From positions 7,701-71,700 of the forward strand of contig JAHBWH010000003.1 of the NCBI GenBank assembly GCA_019637115.1: a stretch of 64,000 bases of DNA. The letters are read 5' to 3'. The DNA is from Myxococcales bacterium (GTDB lineage Bacteria; Myxococcota_A; Polyangia; Polyangiales; Houyiibacteriaceae). A program made the translations under genes and the position numbers. Numbering within the stretch: position 1 is the stretch's first letter; every line of letters begins with the position of its first letter. The notes under the pieces are model-generated. The model did no database searches. It saw nothing but the letters and a program-made list of their open reading frames with translations, and was not told the DNA's origin. Positions 1 through 12,011 of this stretch are shown piece by piece.

Positions 1-1
1 G

Positions 2-306
2 TTCAGCGCCCGCGCGCGTGCGAACCAGAGCCCGAATGGCGTGCGCCGGCGTCGCTGTGATGCGATGGCCAAGGCCACGGCCCGCTTCAAACCGACCATC
101 GTGCTGCAGCATCCGCACAGCACCGACACGCCGAACATCTGGCGAATGCCTTGGTCCTGCCTGGCGCGCGACTACCCGACGGTGCGCACATACGCTTCCG
201 GCATCGGCTACTTCCGGTGGAGCGGCAAGCCACGTCGACCTCTCCGGGAGGTTCTCGATGGAACCCGCAGCGCGACGGGCGTCGCTGACGTCGTCGTGAA
301 GTCCCG

Positions 307-310
<4 letters not shown>
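2..310 (+). CDS. hypothetical protein, possibly 5'-partial (internal ATG at 65)
   Basis: The frame of ORF 41..310 has no stop back to nt 2. Residues are diverse and non-repetitive ([25 protein letters not shown]...) with GC-rich third positions. Its stop overlaps the terL stop convergently. Confidence 0.3.
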
Positions 311-1806
<1,496 letters not shown>

Positions 1807-1817
1807 GGAGAGCGCCC

Positions 1818-2435
1818 ATGACCGCCTACGCCGACACCATCTCGCGCCCCGTGAAGACGCTGACCGAGGCCGAGCAGCGCGCGCTGCTCAAGGTCACCGG
1901 CCAGCACGTCGACGGCTTCCGGGACCACGTCATCTTCAGCCTCGCGATGGGCACGGGCCTGCGCGAGCACGAGCTCCTCGCGCTCGACGTCGGCGACGTG
2001 TTCGACGACGCCGGACGCGCCAAGCGCCGTGTCGCCCTGCGCGTGTTCAAGCGTTCCGCGAAGGACCCCGTCGCCCAGGAGGTGCTGTTGCCCGACGCCG
2101 TGCGCGCCAAGCTCGAACGGCTCCTCACGACGCGCAAGCGCGTGGGCGACACCATCACGCCCACCACGCCGGTCTTCGTGAGCCGCCTCGGACGACGGCT
2201 CTCGGCGCGCCAGCTCCGGCACCTCTTCGCGGTCTGGCAGGAGCGCGCCGGCTTCGAACGCCACGTGGGGTTTCACACGCTGCGCCACCACGCCTGCAGC
2301 GCCGTCTACCGGCAGTCGAAGGACCTCCGGCTCACGCAGAAGTTCGCGCGCCACAAGTCCGTGGTGACGACCAGCATCTACACGCACCCGACCGACGACG
2401 AGCTGCTCCGGGCGGTCCAGGGGCTCGTCTGCTGA
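1818..2435 (+). CDS. tyrosine recombinase (catalytic domain only, 205 aa)
   Basis: TGLREHEL (box I Arg), HTLRHH (HxxRH) and TSIYTH (catalytic Tyr). It is too short to carry a full N-terminal core-binding domain. Confidence 0.8.
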   Translation: MTAYADTISRPVKTLTEAEQRALLKVTGQHVDGFRDHVIFSLAMGTGLREHELLALDVGDVFDDAGRAKRRVALRVFKRSAKDPVAQEVLLPDAVRAKLERLLTTRKRVGDTITPTTPVFVSRLGRRLSARQLRHLFAVWQERAGFERHVGFHTLRHHACSAVYRQSKDLRLTQKFARHKSVVTTSIYTHPTDDELLRAVQGLVC

Positions 2436-2462
2436 GCCCGCGCCGCGCCCGCGACCCATTTG

Positions 2463-2565
2463 CCGAACAGAACCGAACGCGCGCGCGTGCTCGGTTTCTT
2501 GTTCGGCGCTCGGTTTCGAATCGCGGGGCTGCTCGGTTTCCCAAAACTGACCCACTCGGAAACGG
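2463..2565. repeat. three direct copies of GCTCGGTTTC (2489, 2508, 2531) plus inverted CCGAAC-type half sites
   Basis: Read directly from the sequence. The repeats lie in a 650-bp ORF-free gap just after the recombinase stop codon. Confidence 0.5.
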
Positions 2566-3091
2566 CCCCAGGCACCCTGGGGCGGGCGCGCGGCGCCACG
2601 AAAAGCGGACCCCTCCCCCCCTTCGGCAGGTTGTAGGCATGCGGAGGCCGATGCCGGCGTGCCGACGCCGCGGGCCGGCATGGTAGGCGTGTGCCGCGAG
2701 GGCGCGCGGCGACCGCCGCTAAGAGAGAAAAGCGGCGGTTCGCGCCCAGCGCAGCGCGCGTTCTCGGGGACTTTGAGCGCCTCGAACGCGCCGTACCCGC
2801 GGAGCCGTACCGCCGCTTTCCGTGGATCGGCGCCGTGGACGCGCGCGAGGCTCGGCTCGGCAGCGCCGTCTCGGCGCGCGTGGCTGCCTGCGTGTTCCGG
2901 CAGGCGCCCCGGTGAGCTCGTCGTGCTCGAGCGCTCGGAGCTGGGCGGCGGCGTAAGCCAGCAGAACCCCAGGGTCGGCGGGAGGGGCGCGTGTTCTTCC
3001 GGCCCGCTGTGGGCCTCCTGGGCGCCCGTCTGTGAGGCTCTGCTGGTCGCGTCGTCCTGGCCGCGTGGGCGCGCGGCTGCGCCAGGGGCAA

Positions 3092-4330
3092 TCATCCCTC
3101 GTCCTCCTCGGCGTTCGCGCTACGTGGGCCAACGTCGGCGCCGTCGTGCGCGCCCAGCGCTGCTTCGACGGCAGCGGCCGCCACGAGCACCTGGTTCTCG
3201 ATCAGCTCGGCGTCGTCCGGGTCGGCGCCCATCTGCTCCGCGAGTTCGCGGGCGAGGTTCACGAGGCGGCGCACCTCGTCGCGCAGGTCCTGGGACAGGT
3301 TCGGTTCCGCCGCGCCGTCCCGAATCGAACGGGAGGGGGGCAACCGAACACCGCCGAGGCTGCTCGATTTCCCGTGCTCGATTTCGACCGCGTCACCGCG
3401 CACGTCGATGATGCCGGCCATCGCGGGCGTCGAGGACTCGAGGTCGCGCATGTAGCGCTCGTGCCTCTCCGACAGCACCTCGAGCGAGAGCATGTGGCGG
3501 ATCTCCTGCCGCGAGTCGGCGCCGCCTTCGAGGAACGACTTGAGCCGAATGAGCGTGTTGACGTCTGCGGGGCTGTCGGTGCGGACGCGGCCTTCCTTGA
3601 GCGCCTCCCTGAACTTGATGAGGAACTCGTCGATGAGCGCGAGCATCTCGGCGACCGTGATCGCCTCGGCGGTCGCGCGCGCCTCAATGATCTTCTCGTC
3701 GCGCCGGGCCTCGATGCGGTGCTCGCCGTACTTGCGGCGGTGCATCGTGTTGTGGCTCTTGGCGTAGTCGGCGATGACGCTCGGGGCGACGCCGTACTTC
3801 TCGGCCAGCTCGCGGTACGTCGGGTAGACGGTGTTCGACGTGCCGTCGTCGTTCATCGACACCTCGCCGAAGACGAGCAGGCGATCCAGCTCCGCGAACG
3901 GGATGACCGGCGCCTGCTGGTGGCGAGGCCGCCCGGGTCGACGACGCTCATCCAAGGGTGCGGTGTTCTCGGTCGCGGGCTCTGGGCTGTCTTCGACGCT
4001 CGCGCGCACGACGGCGCTGGGCTCGGGCACTTCGACGGAGCGCTCGACCTTCGGCGGCGGCGGGGTCTTCGGCGGATCGAGCTGGGCCCGCAGCTCCTCG
4101 CGACGCTCGGTGGTCCGGTGCTCCTTGGCGAACGCGGCGATGGTGCTGACGGCGACCCCGAAGCGAGCCGCGACATCGCGCTGCGTCAGCCAGACGCGCT
4201 TCGCCTCGCCGTGCTCATCGGGCACCACCTCGCCCTCGACGAGCAGGCGCTCGACCTCGTCGGGGTTCGAGAGCTTTGGGCCTTCGCCCTTCGTGGGCCG
4301 GCCACTCTTCGCGTGCTTCTGCTTCGCCAT
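3092..4330 (-). CDS. DNA-binding protein with duplicated HTH module; possible small terminase / DNA-recognition protein
   Basis: N-terminal KSGRPTKG, then two internally repeated modules ([34 protein letters not shown] / [34 protein letters not shown]). The functional call is an inference from position near terL. Confidence 0.4.
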   Translation of the reverse strand: MAKQKHAKSGRPTKGEGPKLSNPDEVERLLVEGEVVPDEHGEAKRVWLTQRDVAARFGVAVSTIAAFAKEHRTTERREELRAQLDPPKTPPPPKVERSVEVPEPSAVVRASVEDSPEPATENTAPLDERRRPGRPRHQQAPVIPFAELDRLLVFGEVSMNDDGTSNTVYPTYRELAEKYGVAPSVIADYAKSHNTMHRRKYGEHRIEARRDEKIIEARATAEAITVAEMLALIDEFLIKFREALKEGRVRTDSPADVNTLIRLKSFLEGGADSRQEIRHMLSLEVLSERHERYMRDLESSTPAMAGIIDVRGDAVEIEHGKSSSLGGVRLPPSRSIRDGAAEPNLSQDLRDEVRRLVNLARELAEQMGADPDDAELIENQVLVAAAAVEAALGAHDGADVGPRSANAEEDEG

Positions 4331-4336
4331 GTTCCC

Positions 4337-5143
4337 TCAGAAGCCGATGGAGAGCTGGATCGGGGACGCGCTGGTGAGCAGCGACTTCAAGCGCTGCATC
4401 GCGCGCGATCGCTGCCGCTTGAGGCGCTGGTAGAGACGCTCGCGGGCCACGTCGTCGTCGGGCTCGAGACGCTCGACGTACGCGCGCAGGAGTTCTCGGC
4501 GCAGCACCGTCGCCTCGACCACGTCGAGCCCGCTCGTGGAGAGGCCCTCCTGGACCGCGCACTGAATGAGAAGCGCGAGGTCGTACAGCTCCTCGTCCGT
4601 GCGCGCGCGACGGGGAGCGAGGGAGTCCGGGTCGAGGTCTTCCAGCGCCTCGACGTCGATGCCCGGGTGGCGCTGCTCGCGCTCCTTGCGGAGGAAGGCG
4701 AACACCTGCCGCTCGGTGCGCTGGCGCAGCCGCATCGGCAGGCGGTCCATGAGCGGCACCTCGGTGAGCGCTGCCAGGAACGCGGTGACGACGAGCTGGT
4801 CGAGCTCATCGCCCGGCACCGTGTCGCTGACGAGGCGGCCCCGCAGGCGCACCAACATCGGCTTGAACGCGCCGAGCAGGAGGGACGCCCACACCGTAGC
4901 GCGGCTCGCCCGGTGCTCGGTGATGATCGCCCTGGTGAGCGCCTCGCGCGACGCGTAGGTGCCCTCCGCTTCGTCGTCGAGCATGGCGAGAACGGAGGCC
5001 GCGTCGGCGTGCGCCGCGATGGCGGGCTGCTTGGCGCGGCCCGCCTTGAAGGCATGGCGGTGGCGCTCGGAGAGCGCGTCGCGGCGCAGCCGCTCGAGGT
5101 CGTTGCGGAGGGCGCTCTTCACTTGTCCCTCCGGGTCCACCAC
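4337..5143 (-). CDS. sigma-70/ECF-like regulator (paralogue 1)
   Basis: 268 aa. It resembles the ORFs at 9951 and 12247 in layout. The C-terminal region-4-like helix is [26 protein letters not shown] start. Confidence 0.4.
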   Translation of the reverse strand: MVDPEGQVKSALRNDLERLRRDALSERHRHAFKAGRAKQPAIAAHADAASVLAMLDDEAEGTYASREALTRAIITEHRASRATVWASLLLGAFKPMLVRLRGRLVSDTVPGDELDQLVVTAFLAALTEVPLMDRLPMRLRQRTERQVFAFLRKEREQRHPGIDVEALEDLDPDSLAPRRARTDEELYDLALLIQCAVQEGLSTSGLDVVEATVLRRELLRAYVERLEPDDDVARERLYQRLKRQRSRAMQRLKSLLTSASPIQLSIGF

Positions 5144-5457
5144 TCGGCGACGAACTCGAGGAAGTCGTCGAGGCTCAGCGCAACGAACGGCTCGGCGCGG
5201 TCGTCGCGGATGATGGCGATGGGGATGCGCCCGGGCGGGGCGGCGTTCGTGGCCTGGCGCAGCGCACCCCGGACGTTCGGCTGCTTGCCGCGCTTGGCCT
5301 CGGGCCAGAACACCGGGCAGTCGACGTCGGGCGTCTCCTCGCCCGTGCGGAACTGGAGGCCGCGCCGGATGGTCGCGTCCGGCATGACCTCGCGGAAGCG
5401 CTGGACGAGCTCACGCTCGAAGCCGGCGCCCTTTCTGCGAGAGTGCGCGCCGCTCAT
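5119..5457 (-). CDS. Hjc/phage-type PD-(D/E)XK resolvase-like endonuclease
   Basis: Only the last 112 codons of ORF 5119..5877 look real. The N-terminus [18 protein letters not shown] is typical of this family. ATG 5457 overlaps the upstream stop (ATGA). Confidence 0.55.
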   Translation of the reverse strand: MSGAHSRRKGAGFERELVQRFREVMPDATIRRGLQFRTGEETPDVDCPVFWPEAKRGKQPNVRGALRQATNAAPPGRIPIAIIRDDRAEPFVALSLDDFLEFVAEWWTRRDK

Positions 5458-6590
5458 GCTCGCACCTCCCGAACGAAGTGAGCCGGGAGGCCGAGCCGCT
5501 TCGCCTCGCGCAGCTCGCGCTCCATGCCTTCGGTGACGATCTCGCCGAAGACGCGGACCTCGTCGCACGTGGCGAGCAGCTCGAGGCAGAGCGCGAGCGC
5601 CTGCTCGCGGCCGTTCGTCTCGTCGATGAGCTGCGGCAGGTAGAGGTGCGGCGCGATGGGAAGCGCACCGTCGTCGATGAGGAACTGGCTGATCGCGCGG
5701 ACCCGCTCGATGTTGCCGGCCGGGTCGTTCGCGAACGGATGGCAGACGTAGACGCGGCGACGCCGACCTGCCTCGATGCGACGACGGCGCACCAGCTCGG
5801 CGGCCGTGTAGTGCAGGCCATCCAGCACCTCGGCGTAGGCCTCGCTCGGGTAGTCGCGCCCGTCGTCGAGGCGCCACGGGCCGTACTGACGTCGACCTTG
5901 CGCGAGCCGACCGAGGAGCGCGTCGCAGATCTGCCGTTCATCCGCAGGGAGGCCGGTGACCAGACCGCCCGCGCGCATGCGCTCCACGAGACGCCGCGCG
6001 ACTTCGAGCGAGCAGCGAGCATCGGCGAGCGCACGATGCGGGTGGGGGCGCTCGAGCCCGAGCAGCTTCGCGAGCGGCTCGAGCGACATCGACGGCAGCT
6101 CGCCGGTGACGACCAGCGTCCACGCGAGGCTCGCGGTGTCGAGCCGGTGGTAGTCGACGTTCGGCAGCGCGAGCCCGGCACGTCGAAAGCCGGCCTCGAG
6201 GAACGCCCAGTCGAAGCCGACGTTGTGGCCGGCGACGAGAACGCCATCGAGGAGCGGAGCAACCTCGAGCAACGCCTCGCGGAGCGGGAGCGCGTGCTCC
6301 CACGCCGCCGTCGTGAAGCCGTTGAGCGCCAGCGCGTCGAGCTGCGCCTCTCCGAGCCGCTCGGGCGCGACGAGCGCCTCGTACTCGTCGAGCACCTCCA
6401 ACGTGCGCGCGTCGACGCGAACGATGCCGATCTCGATGATGTCGTGCCGCGACGGATCGAGCCCGGTGGTCTCGAGGTCGACGAAGGCGACGGTCGTCTT
6501 CGGTGCCCGGCGTGCGAGGCGCGGAGCGTCGTGAGCGATGATGGGCGCGGCGGCTGCCGACGCCGGGTCGAGGGGCGGCGGGAGCAGCAT
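5454..6590 (-). CDS. DnaQ-like DEDDh 3'-5' exonuclease fused to a nucleoside 2-deoxyribosyltransferase-like (DUF4406-like) domain
   Basis: ExoI FVDLETTG, Exo[15 protein letters not shown], ExoIII HRALADA. The C-terminal 120 aa ([19 protein letters not shown]...LPIAPHLY...TCDEVRVFG) match the NDT-like fold pattern. ATG 6590 overlaps the upstream stop; the ORF track extends to 6611. Confidence 0.7.
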   Translation of the reverse strand: MLLPPPLDPASAAAAPIIAHDAPRLARRAPKTTVAFVDLETTGLDPSRHDIIEIGIVRVDARTLEVLDEYEALVAPERLGEAQLDALALNGFTTAAWEHALPLREALLEVAPLLDGVLVAGHNVGFDWAFLEAGFRRAGLALPNVDYHRLDTASLAWTLVVTGELPSMSLEPLAKLLGLERPHPHRALADARCSLEVARRLVERMRAGGLVTGLPADERQICDALLGRLAQGRRQYGPWRLDDGRDYPSEAYAEVLDGLHYTAAELVRRRRIEAGRRRRVYVCHPFANDPAGNIERVRAISQFLIDDGALPIAPHLYLPQLIDETNGREQALALCLELLATCDEVRVFGEIVTEGMERELREAKRLGLPAHFVREVRA

Positions 6591-7774
6591 CACGCCACCT
6601 CCTTCGCCCACAGGCGCGGCGACATGCGCTTATCGGCGTGCGCTTCGAGCTCGGCCTTCAGCAGCGAGACGCGCGGCTTGTCGAGCTTCTTGCCCAGCGA
6701 CTTGAGGAGCGCGTCGAGGGCCTTCTTGTCGATGGCGCCGAGCTTCCCGAGCACCTCGTCGCGCGAGAGACCCGTCGCGTCCGCGAGCAGTGAGAGCGTC
6801 GGCTCGAGCGGGTAGTCGAGGCTCGTGGTCGCGAACATCCGGTAGCGGACGCCGCCGAGCACGAGCTCGTCGCGCTCCTTGAGCTGCGCCTTGAGGATGT
6901 CCTCCAGCTCCTCCTTGCGCGCGTAGAGCGCCTTCGCGAGGCGAGCGACCTCCTCGCGCTCGCGGGCGACGCCTTCGAGATCGGCGAGGTCTTCGACGAT
7001 GAACTCGCGCTTGCCCTTGAGCGCTTCGGCGTAGGCCGGGCACTGCTTGCGGTGGTCGCAGTAGGAGCAGTTGGTGTTGAGGCGCGCCGGGTACTCCGTC
7101 GCGGTCTCCGTCTGCCGCCCGAGCGTCTCGACGTAGGCGAGCGCATCGGCGAGCTGCTCCTCGGTGCGCGTCGTCTCCTGCCGAACGCCGTGGCGCAGCA
7201 TCCAGAAGGTGAGCTTCACCTTCTTCGCCCACGGCCAGAGGCGGCGCACCGCCACCTCGTAGAGGCTCATCTGCAGCGAGGTGTCGACCTCGTCGCGGGT
7301 GAAGAGCTGGTGGTTGGTCTTGTAGTCGATGACCTCGACGGTCTCGTCGTCGAGCCAGTCGACGCGATCGATGAAACCCAGGACCTCGAAGGGCCCGACC
7401 GGCAGCCGGAACTCCTTCTCGACGGCGAGGACGTCGCGGTGGTCGACGACGCCCTGCTCGGCGATGAAGCGCCGGAGGATGGCGAGCCCCTCGGCGAAGA
7501 CGTCCATGCCGGTGAGCTGCTCGGCGCCCCACGCCTCGCGATAGAGCTCAATGGCACGCTCCTCGGAGAGCGGGCCCGTGCGCTCGTCGTCGACGACCTC
7601 CTTGATGAGGCGCTCGAGGACGGCGTGGATGGTCTTGCCGAACCGGAGCGGCAGCCCTGGCTCGGCCTGCTGCTTCTCGATGTAGTGCAGCCGGTACGAG
7701 AGCGGGCAGGTCTCGAACCTCGAGAGCCTGCTGTAGCTGAGATGCTGGTTCTTGAACGGGGCGACGGTGGTCAT
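6590..7774 (-). CDS. PD-(D/E)XK Cas4/RecB-family exonuclease
   Basis: [15 protein letters not shown]-terminal Cys. Motifs GFIDRVD, VIDYKT and QMSLY. C-terminal [13 protein letters not shown] Fe-S-type cysteines. Confidence 0.75.
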   Translation of the reverse strand: MTTVAPFKNQHLSYSRLSRFETCPLSYRLHYIEKQQAEPGLPLRFGKTIHAVLERLIKEVVDDERTGPLSEERAIELYREAWGAEQLTGMDVFAEGLAILRRFIAEQGVVDHRDVLAVEKEFRLPVGPFEVLGFIDRVDWLDDETVEVIDYKTNHQLFTRDEVDTSLQMSLYEVAVRRLWPWAKKVKLTFWMLRHGVRQETTRTEEQLADALAYVETLGRQTETATEYPARLNTNCSYCDHRKQCPAYAEALKGKREFIVEDLADLEGVAREREEVARLAKALYARKEELEDILKAQLKERDELVLGGVRYRMFATTSLDYPLEPTLSLLADATGLSRDEVLGKLGAIDKKALDALLKSLGKKLDKPRVSLLKAELEAHADKRMSPRLWAKEVA

Positions 7775-8448
7775 GAGCGCTCCTCGAGGGGGCGCTCTCG
7801 GCGCTCAGGGTTGTTGGTCTTGGCGGTCTTCTCGAACGAGACGATGTGCGAGCTGGGGAACACGCTCATGACGCGGGCGAGCGTCGCGGCGTGCTCGGGG
7901 GTGATCTCCTTGCGGTCGCGGCCCGTGTACTCGGGCACCAGCCACACGTCGCCGTAGGTCTCCGAGTGCAGCAGCACCTCGACGCCGAGCGCCTTGAAGC
8001 TCTCGATGTCCTCGGTGGTGAAGCCGCGAAGCTGATCGACGTCGACTGCGGGCTGCGCGTCGGCGTCGGGCTTCGGAGCGAGCGCGATCGGGTGCGCAGG
8101 CGCGGTCGAGACCTTCGCCGCGGGCTGCGCGACCTCGGGCAGCGGGTTGCCGAAAAGGTCGCGCGCGACGGGCTTCGGGGCCGGCGCATGCTCGACGACG
8201 GGCGCAGGCGCGACGACGCGCAACGTGCGCTTGTGCGGCCCGTTGTGCTTCTGCCACTCGGTGCAGACGAACTCGTCGGGCAAGGCGCACGTGCCGCCTT
8301 GCTGGAAGTGGATGCAGCGCTTGCCCTCCTCGCCCCGCGTGTACTTCTCGCAGGTGATGTTGGGCGGGCGCTCTGCGGCCGGTGTCGGCGGCGGCAGCTC
8401 CGGTCTGACGAGGTCCTTGATGGCCATGCGCTTCCTGGCCGGCGACAC
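7771..8448 (-). CDS. hypothetical Cys-rich protein
   Basis: 225 aa. N-terminal C..C.H....C.......C cluster, Pro/Ala linker and a folded-looking C-terminal domain. ATGA overlap with the downstream gene. Confidence 0.5.
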   Translation of the reverse strand: MSPARKRMAIKDLVRPELPPPTPAAERPPNITCEKYTRGEEGKRCIHFQQGGTCALPDEFVCTEWQKHNGPHKRTLRVVAPAPVVEHAPAPKPVARDLFGNPLPEVAQPAAKVSTAPAHPIALAPKPDADAQPAVDVDQLRGFTTEDIESFKALGVEVLLHSETYGDVWLVPEYTGRDRKEITPEHAATLARVMSVFPSSHIVSFEKTAKTNNPERRERPLEERS

Positions 8449-8481
8449 GAAGCGCCGGTGGGGAAGGAAACGCGGGTCGGC

Positions 8482-9003
8482 TCAGCGGGCTGGGACAGGC
8501 TTCGAGCGACCGCCGACGAATTTCCGCGCCGAGGGGAGGTGGAGGACGGCGCAGCGGCGGCGGTCGCCCTCGTGGTCGAAGCGCACGCGCTCGGAGCGCG
8601 CGACCACGACGTCGCGTTCGTGCCGCCACCCGAGCTCGAGGAGCGCGCGCAGCTCGCGCCGGAGGAGCCGCCCGCGCTCGGCCCGGTAGAGGGCCGTGGC
8701 CACCGCCTCGGGATGGACGGCCACGCGCTCGCCGGGCAGTCGGGCGAAGTGCTCGCCCTCCTTCAGCGTGCCGTCCTCGATGCTGACCAGGATGTTGAAC
8801 ACCAGGTCTGCGAGGTGGCCTTGCCGTTCATCGGCGAGGCGCCGCTCGCGGTGGATGGTCCGCATCAGGCGCGTCGAGGTCGCAGGCGCGATGAGCCTTG
8901 CCTGCGCGAGGCGGGCAGCGAGGCGCTGGAACTCGAGGACGAGCGCGTCGCGCTCCTCCTTCGTGAGGAACGGGATCGGCTCGTCGGGCTGGGGCGCGTT
9001 CAT
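8482..9003 (-). CDS. hypothetical protein
   Basis: The internal ATG at 9003 (MNAPQPDEPIPFLTKEERD...) gives a plausible 173-aa product. The upstream part of ORF 8482..9150 is Arg/Val junk. Confidence 0.45.
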   Translation of the reverse strand: MNAPQPDEPIPFLTKEERDALVLEFQRLAARLAQARLIAPATSTRLMRTIHRERRLADERQGHLADLVFNILVSIEDGTLKEGEHFARLPGERVAVHPEAVATALYRAERGRLLRRELRALLELGWRHERDVVVARSERVRFDHEGDRRRCAVLHLPSARKFVGGRSKPVPAR

Positions 9004-9362
9004 GGGGACGAAAACGCGACCTCGTCCGATGCGCTGGGACACCACCGCGAACGCGGTCCTGGCCCGCACGCTCCGTTGGGACAGCAGGACAGCTACCGGT
9101 TCCGTCCCGACCGCCCGCCAACGCCCTCTTTCGCCAGCAACCGCAGGCACTTGCGCGCCCTGGCGGACAGGGACAGCCGCCAGCGGGTAGCACCACAGGC
9201 GTAGCGAGATCTCGTTTTTCGAAGGCCGACGACTCGAAGGCGCCCTCGAGAAGAAATCGCGAGTCGCTTCTGAGTAGACCTACCCGCCGAGAGCTGTCCA
9301 GAGAGAGGAGAGATACGTAACTATTGAAGAAGAGAAGGGAAAGAAGGGGCAGGGGGCCGTCC

Positions 9363-9394
9363 TGGGACTGTCCACGGCCCGTCAAAATGTCCCA
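9363..9394. promoter_or_regulatory. TGGGAC-N20-GTCCCA inverted repeat in the divergent control region
   Basis: tgggactgtccacggcccgtcaaaatgtccca. It sits in the 600-bp AT-richer gap between the leftward and rightward operons and is related to the sites at 52614/52690. Confidence 0.4.
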
Positions 9395-9610
9395 GCGCTG
9401 AGCGCGCCTTCTTCAGGCCTTCGCAAGTGAGCGAGCGCGCTGTGACGATCCTCCGGGAGGTGCGGAGGGGCCGGCGAACGCGCTCGCCGCGGGAGGGGAG
9501 AGAGGGACCCCGGAACCGGCGCCCGATCCTGCCCTGGCTTCCACCTTCCCCTCTCCAACGAGGCTGCCCTCGTACCCGCCGATGACCGGTGGGTCGCGAG
9601 GAGACAGCCC

Positions 9611-9853
9611 ATGAAAACCCAGTCCACCACCGCCACCGATTGCCGATGCAAGGCCTGCGGCGCCCTCTTGGCGAAGCGCGATCGCGACGGCCTCACCATC
9701 CGGCGCGGCGACATGCAGGTCGTCGTCAGCGGCGACAGCACGGTCGCCGTCACCTGCTACCGCGACCGCTGCCGCACGTTGAACGTCCTCGCGTCGCGCA
9801 CGCCGATGCCGCCGACGCCCGTGCCCGCGCTCCCGAGGGCGAGAGCCGCGTAG
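9611..9853 (+). CDS. Mu Com-like zinc-ribbon protein
   Basis: 80 aa. CRCKACGALL...VAVTCYRDRCRTLNV gives two Cys pairs in the Com-type arrangement. Confidence 0.45.
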   Translation: MKTQSTTATDCRCKACGALLAKRDRDGLTIRRGDMQVVVSGDSTVAVTCYRDRCRTLNVLASRTPMPPTPVPALPRARAA

Positions 9854-9950
9854 CTCGCGGCGCCCTCCTTCACCTCAAGTCCACCGAGCGCAAGACGCCG
9901 TAACCACGGCCCCAAGGAGCGCCTGACGCCCGCCGGAAAGGCGGCGCGTC

Positions 9951-10829
9951 ATGCTCGCACGTTGGGAGGCGCTGCATGCAGCCCTCGACCGTTCCGTTCG
10001 TTCTCTTCAGGCAGAGCAGGCGTTTCAACAGGCAAGGCAGCACCCCGCGCTCACGCGCTTCGACCAGCCCTTCGAGGTGGTCGAGTACCTCGCGAGCAAG
10101 GGCGGCGACCTCGACGAGAAGGATCGCGTCCTCGGCGTGCTCGTGACCCTCGTGCAGCGGCGCGAGCACCACGAGCTCGTGAGCGGGCTCCTGTGGCTCG
10201 GGCTCTGGCCCGGCCTCGACGCCGTCTACCGGCGGCGGCAGCGCAACTTCCGGGGACAGCCCGAGGAGCTGATCGCCGAGCTGGCCGACGTCTTCACGGG
10301 CATCATCGAGCGGCTCGACCTCGAGGTGGTTCACCGCGTGGCCGCGACGCTCGTGCGCAGCACCGCGCGCGACCTCATCGATCGCCGCCGCCGCGTGTGG
10401 GCCGACGCTGACCGGATCGTCTACCGGGACACCTTCGAGCCGGTACGTGACCAGGACGACCGCATCATCGTCGCGAGCCATCTCGACCGCCTTGCGCGCG
10501 CCGAGTGGGAGGCGTCGCAGGCGGAAGCCCCGCTCGGGCTGACGCAGGGGCTGTCGTTCGAGGACGACGTCGCCGAGCTGCGCGTGTGGCTCACCGAGAT
10601 CATCGGCGCCGACGCCGACCTGCTGCTCGCGGTGCTGGTGCTGGACGAGAACCAGCGCGAGGCCGCCCAGCGCCTCGGGCTCTCGCACGACGCCGCTCGC
10701 AAGCGCTTCCAGCGCGCGCTCGGCCGACTCCGCGAGCACCTCGCGAGCTCGCTGTCCCACTCCGACCTCGCGGGCCGCGTTTGCCTCCCCACGAACCGGA
10801 TGAACCGCCCGGAGGAGCCGACCGCATGA
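9951..10829 (+). CDS. sigma-70/ECF-like regulator (paralogue 2)
   Basis: Region-2-like LLWLGLWPGLDAVYRR..EELIAELADVF. Region-4-like LLLAVLVLDENQREAAQRLGLSHDAARKRFQRALGRLREHL. Confidence 0.55.
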   Translation: MLARWEALHAALDRSVRSLQAEQAFQQARQHPALTRFDQPFEVVEYLASKGGDLDEKDRVLGVLVTLVQRREHHELVSGLLWLGLWPGLDAVYRRRQRNFRGQPEELIAELADVFTGIIERLDLEVVHRVAATLVRSTARDLIDRRRRVWADADRIVYRDTFEPVRDQDDRIIVASHLDRLARAEWEASQAEAPLGLTQGLSFEDDVAELRVWLTEIIGADADLLLAVLVLDENQREAAQRLGLSHDAARKRFQRALGRLREHLASSLSHSDLAGRVCLPTNRMNRPEEPTA

Positions 10830-10960
10830 CCCACGAACCGATCCCCATCCACGACCTGCCCGGCGACGAGGACTTCATCCGCCTGCCGGGCCTCTTCCGA
10901 CGCTGTCGACGTCCAAGCCTTCGCGCTTCATATGCGCGGCTGCCGCCCAGTGGAAGGTGA
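10826..10960 (+). pseudogene. truncated copy of the 13130..13378 small protein
   Basis: The first 26 codons (MTHEPIPIHDLPGDEDFIRLPGLFRR) match 13130..13207. Homology stops at about 10906, where IS66-derived DNA begins. Confidence 0.55.
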
Positions 10961-11945
10961 CGAGGCATTTCATGGATCACCACGAGGATCAAGTCTATCG
11001 AGGCGGGCGCTGGAAACAGCTTCGGAGGCGCTGGCGTCGTACACGATATGCGTGAATTTCCAGCGTGCCTTCTGCTGATCTTCTTGCACACGAACCGCGC
11101 GTGATGACATCAACTTAATGTTTGCCTTCAAACTGGCCCGGCCACCTCGACGGCCTTTTTACAGTGCTCGCAGACCGTATTGCAACGGGCCGGAAGGTCG
11201 ATGACCTGCTCTGACTCCCCGGCAGATTCTGTTTCTTCGGACCGTGCCTGCGCCAGGCGGCTTTGCACCCGAGCGCTTGTCTTTAGCTCGGCGCCCGACG
11301 AGTCGCCGAAGAAGGTCTGATTGCGCTGAGCAAGTTGTTGCCGAGCCTCGGCGAGAGTTTGAGCGCAAGCTGCGTCGGGTCGCCTCCCTTCAGCTGAAGC
11401 GCAGCTCGCGCTGCAGCACCAGGATTCTCTGGACCAGCTTCTGATTCTCCGCCTCGGCGCAGCAGCGCGCGGCCTGGCGGACGACTTCGATGTCCTTCTC
11501 CACGCCAAGACGCAGCATGCCCGTAGGACGCGTCGGCGGCGAATGGATTCAACCATTCAACCGGCGCGTCGATTCTTTTCTGGCCAGCGAGGTGTCAAGT
11601 TCGCCCACGGTCAACAGAGCCGGCTCTGTCCGGTTTCAGTCGCCGCCCTCGATGTATTGCGTGAGCTCGCTCAGCGTCATCGTAACCGAGCTACTCCGGA
11701 CGCGATCACAGACCGTGCGAAGCGCCCCTTCTCCAACCGCTTTGCGAATAGACATAGCCCGGTGCCGTCGAAGTACAGCACCTTCTCGCTCGCTTTCGAT
11801 CTTTCGAGACGAACAGGAACAAACTCCCGCTCAACAGATCCTGTCGAGCGCATGCTTCACGAGCGGCGAGCGTGTCGAAGCTCTTTGGCATGTCTACGGG
11901 CTCGCGTACGCGAACACCGCTACCTGTCGCGCTGAAAAACGATCA
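10906..11945 (-). mobile_element. decayed IS66-family fragment (tnpB pseudogene plus 5' part of the transposase)
   Basis: Stitching three minus frames gives ..GVRVREPVDMPKSFDTLAA..LLSGSLFLFVSKDRKRA / KVLYFDGTGLCLFAKRLEKGRFA / VTMTLSELTQYIEGGD, the IS66 TnpB pattern. Downstream fragments are AENQKLVQRILVLQREL, LAQRNQTFFGDSSGAEL, LPARCNTVCEHCKKAV and APAPPKLFP...HLPL..AYEARRLG (IS66 transposase N-terminal third). There is no tnpA and no 3' part. GC is lower than in the flanks. Confidence 0.6.
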
Positions 11946-12011
11946 CCGAGTCTCCGTAGAAGCTCGGCTAGACCGTCAAGATCCAGACCTCAATCCGCAC
12001 ACCGTGCGACC

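Noticed and set aside
2505-2545. tRNA-like T-loop string (ggtttcgaatcgcgg)
   Set aside because: No acceptor, D or anticodon stems can be drawn around it. It is one of the GCTCGGTTTC repeat units.
3032-5536. 834-aa plus-strand ORF. Similar very long ORFs occur at 12929-15244(-), 17414-18748(-), 18974-20368(-), 31001-33094(-), 34927-36459(-), 37240-38298(-), 46894-50313(+), 57464-59041(+) and 43733-45148(-).
   Set aside because: They lie antisense to, or out of frame with, ORFs that carry clear catalytic motifs. Their products are Arg/Ala/Gly/Leu-rich low-complexity strings typical of stop-codon-poor GC-rich DNA.
9037-9115. Additional TGGGACA(C/G)...GTCC(T/C)G half-palindromes as further operator copies
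   Set aside because: They lie upstream of the preferred ATG at 9003 of the 8482 gene and are imperfect. They cannot be distinguished from chance.
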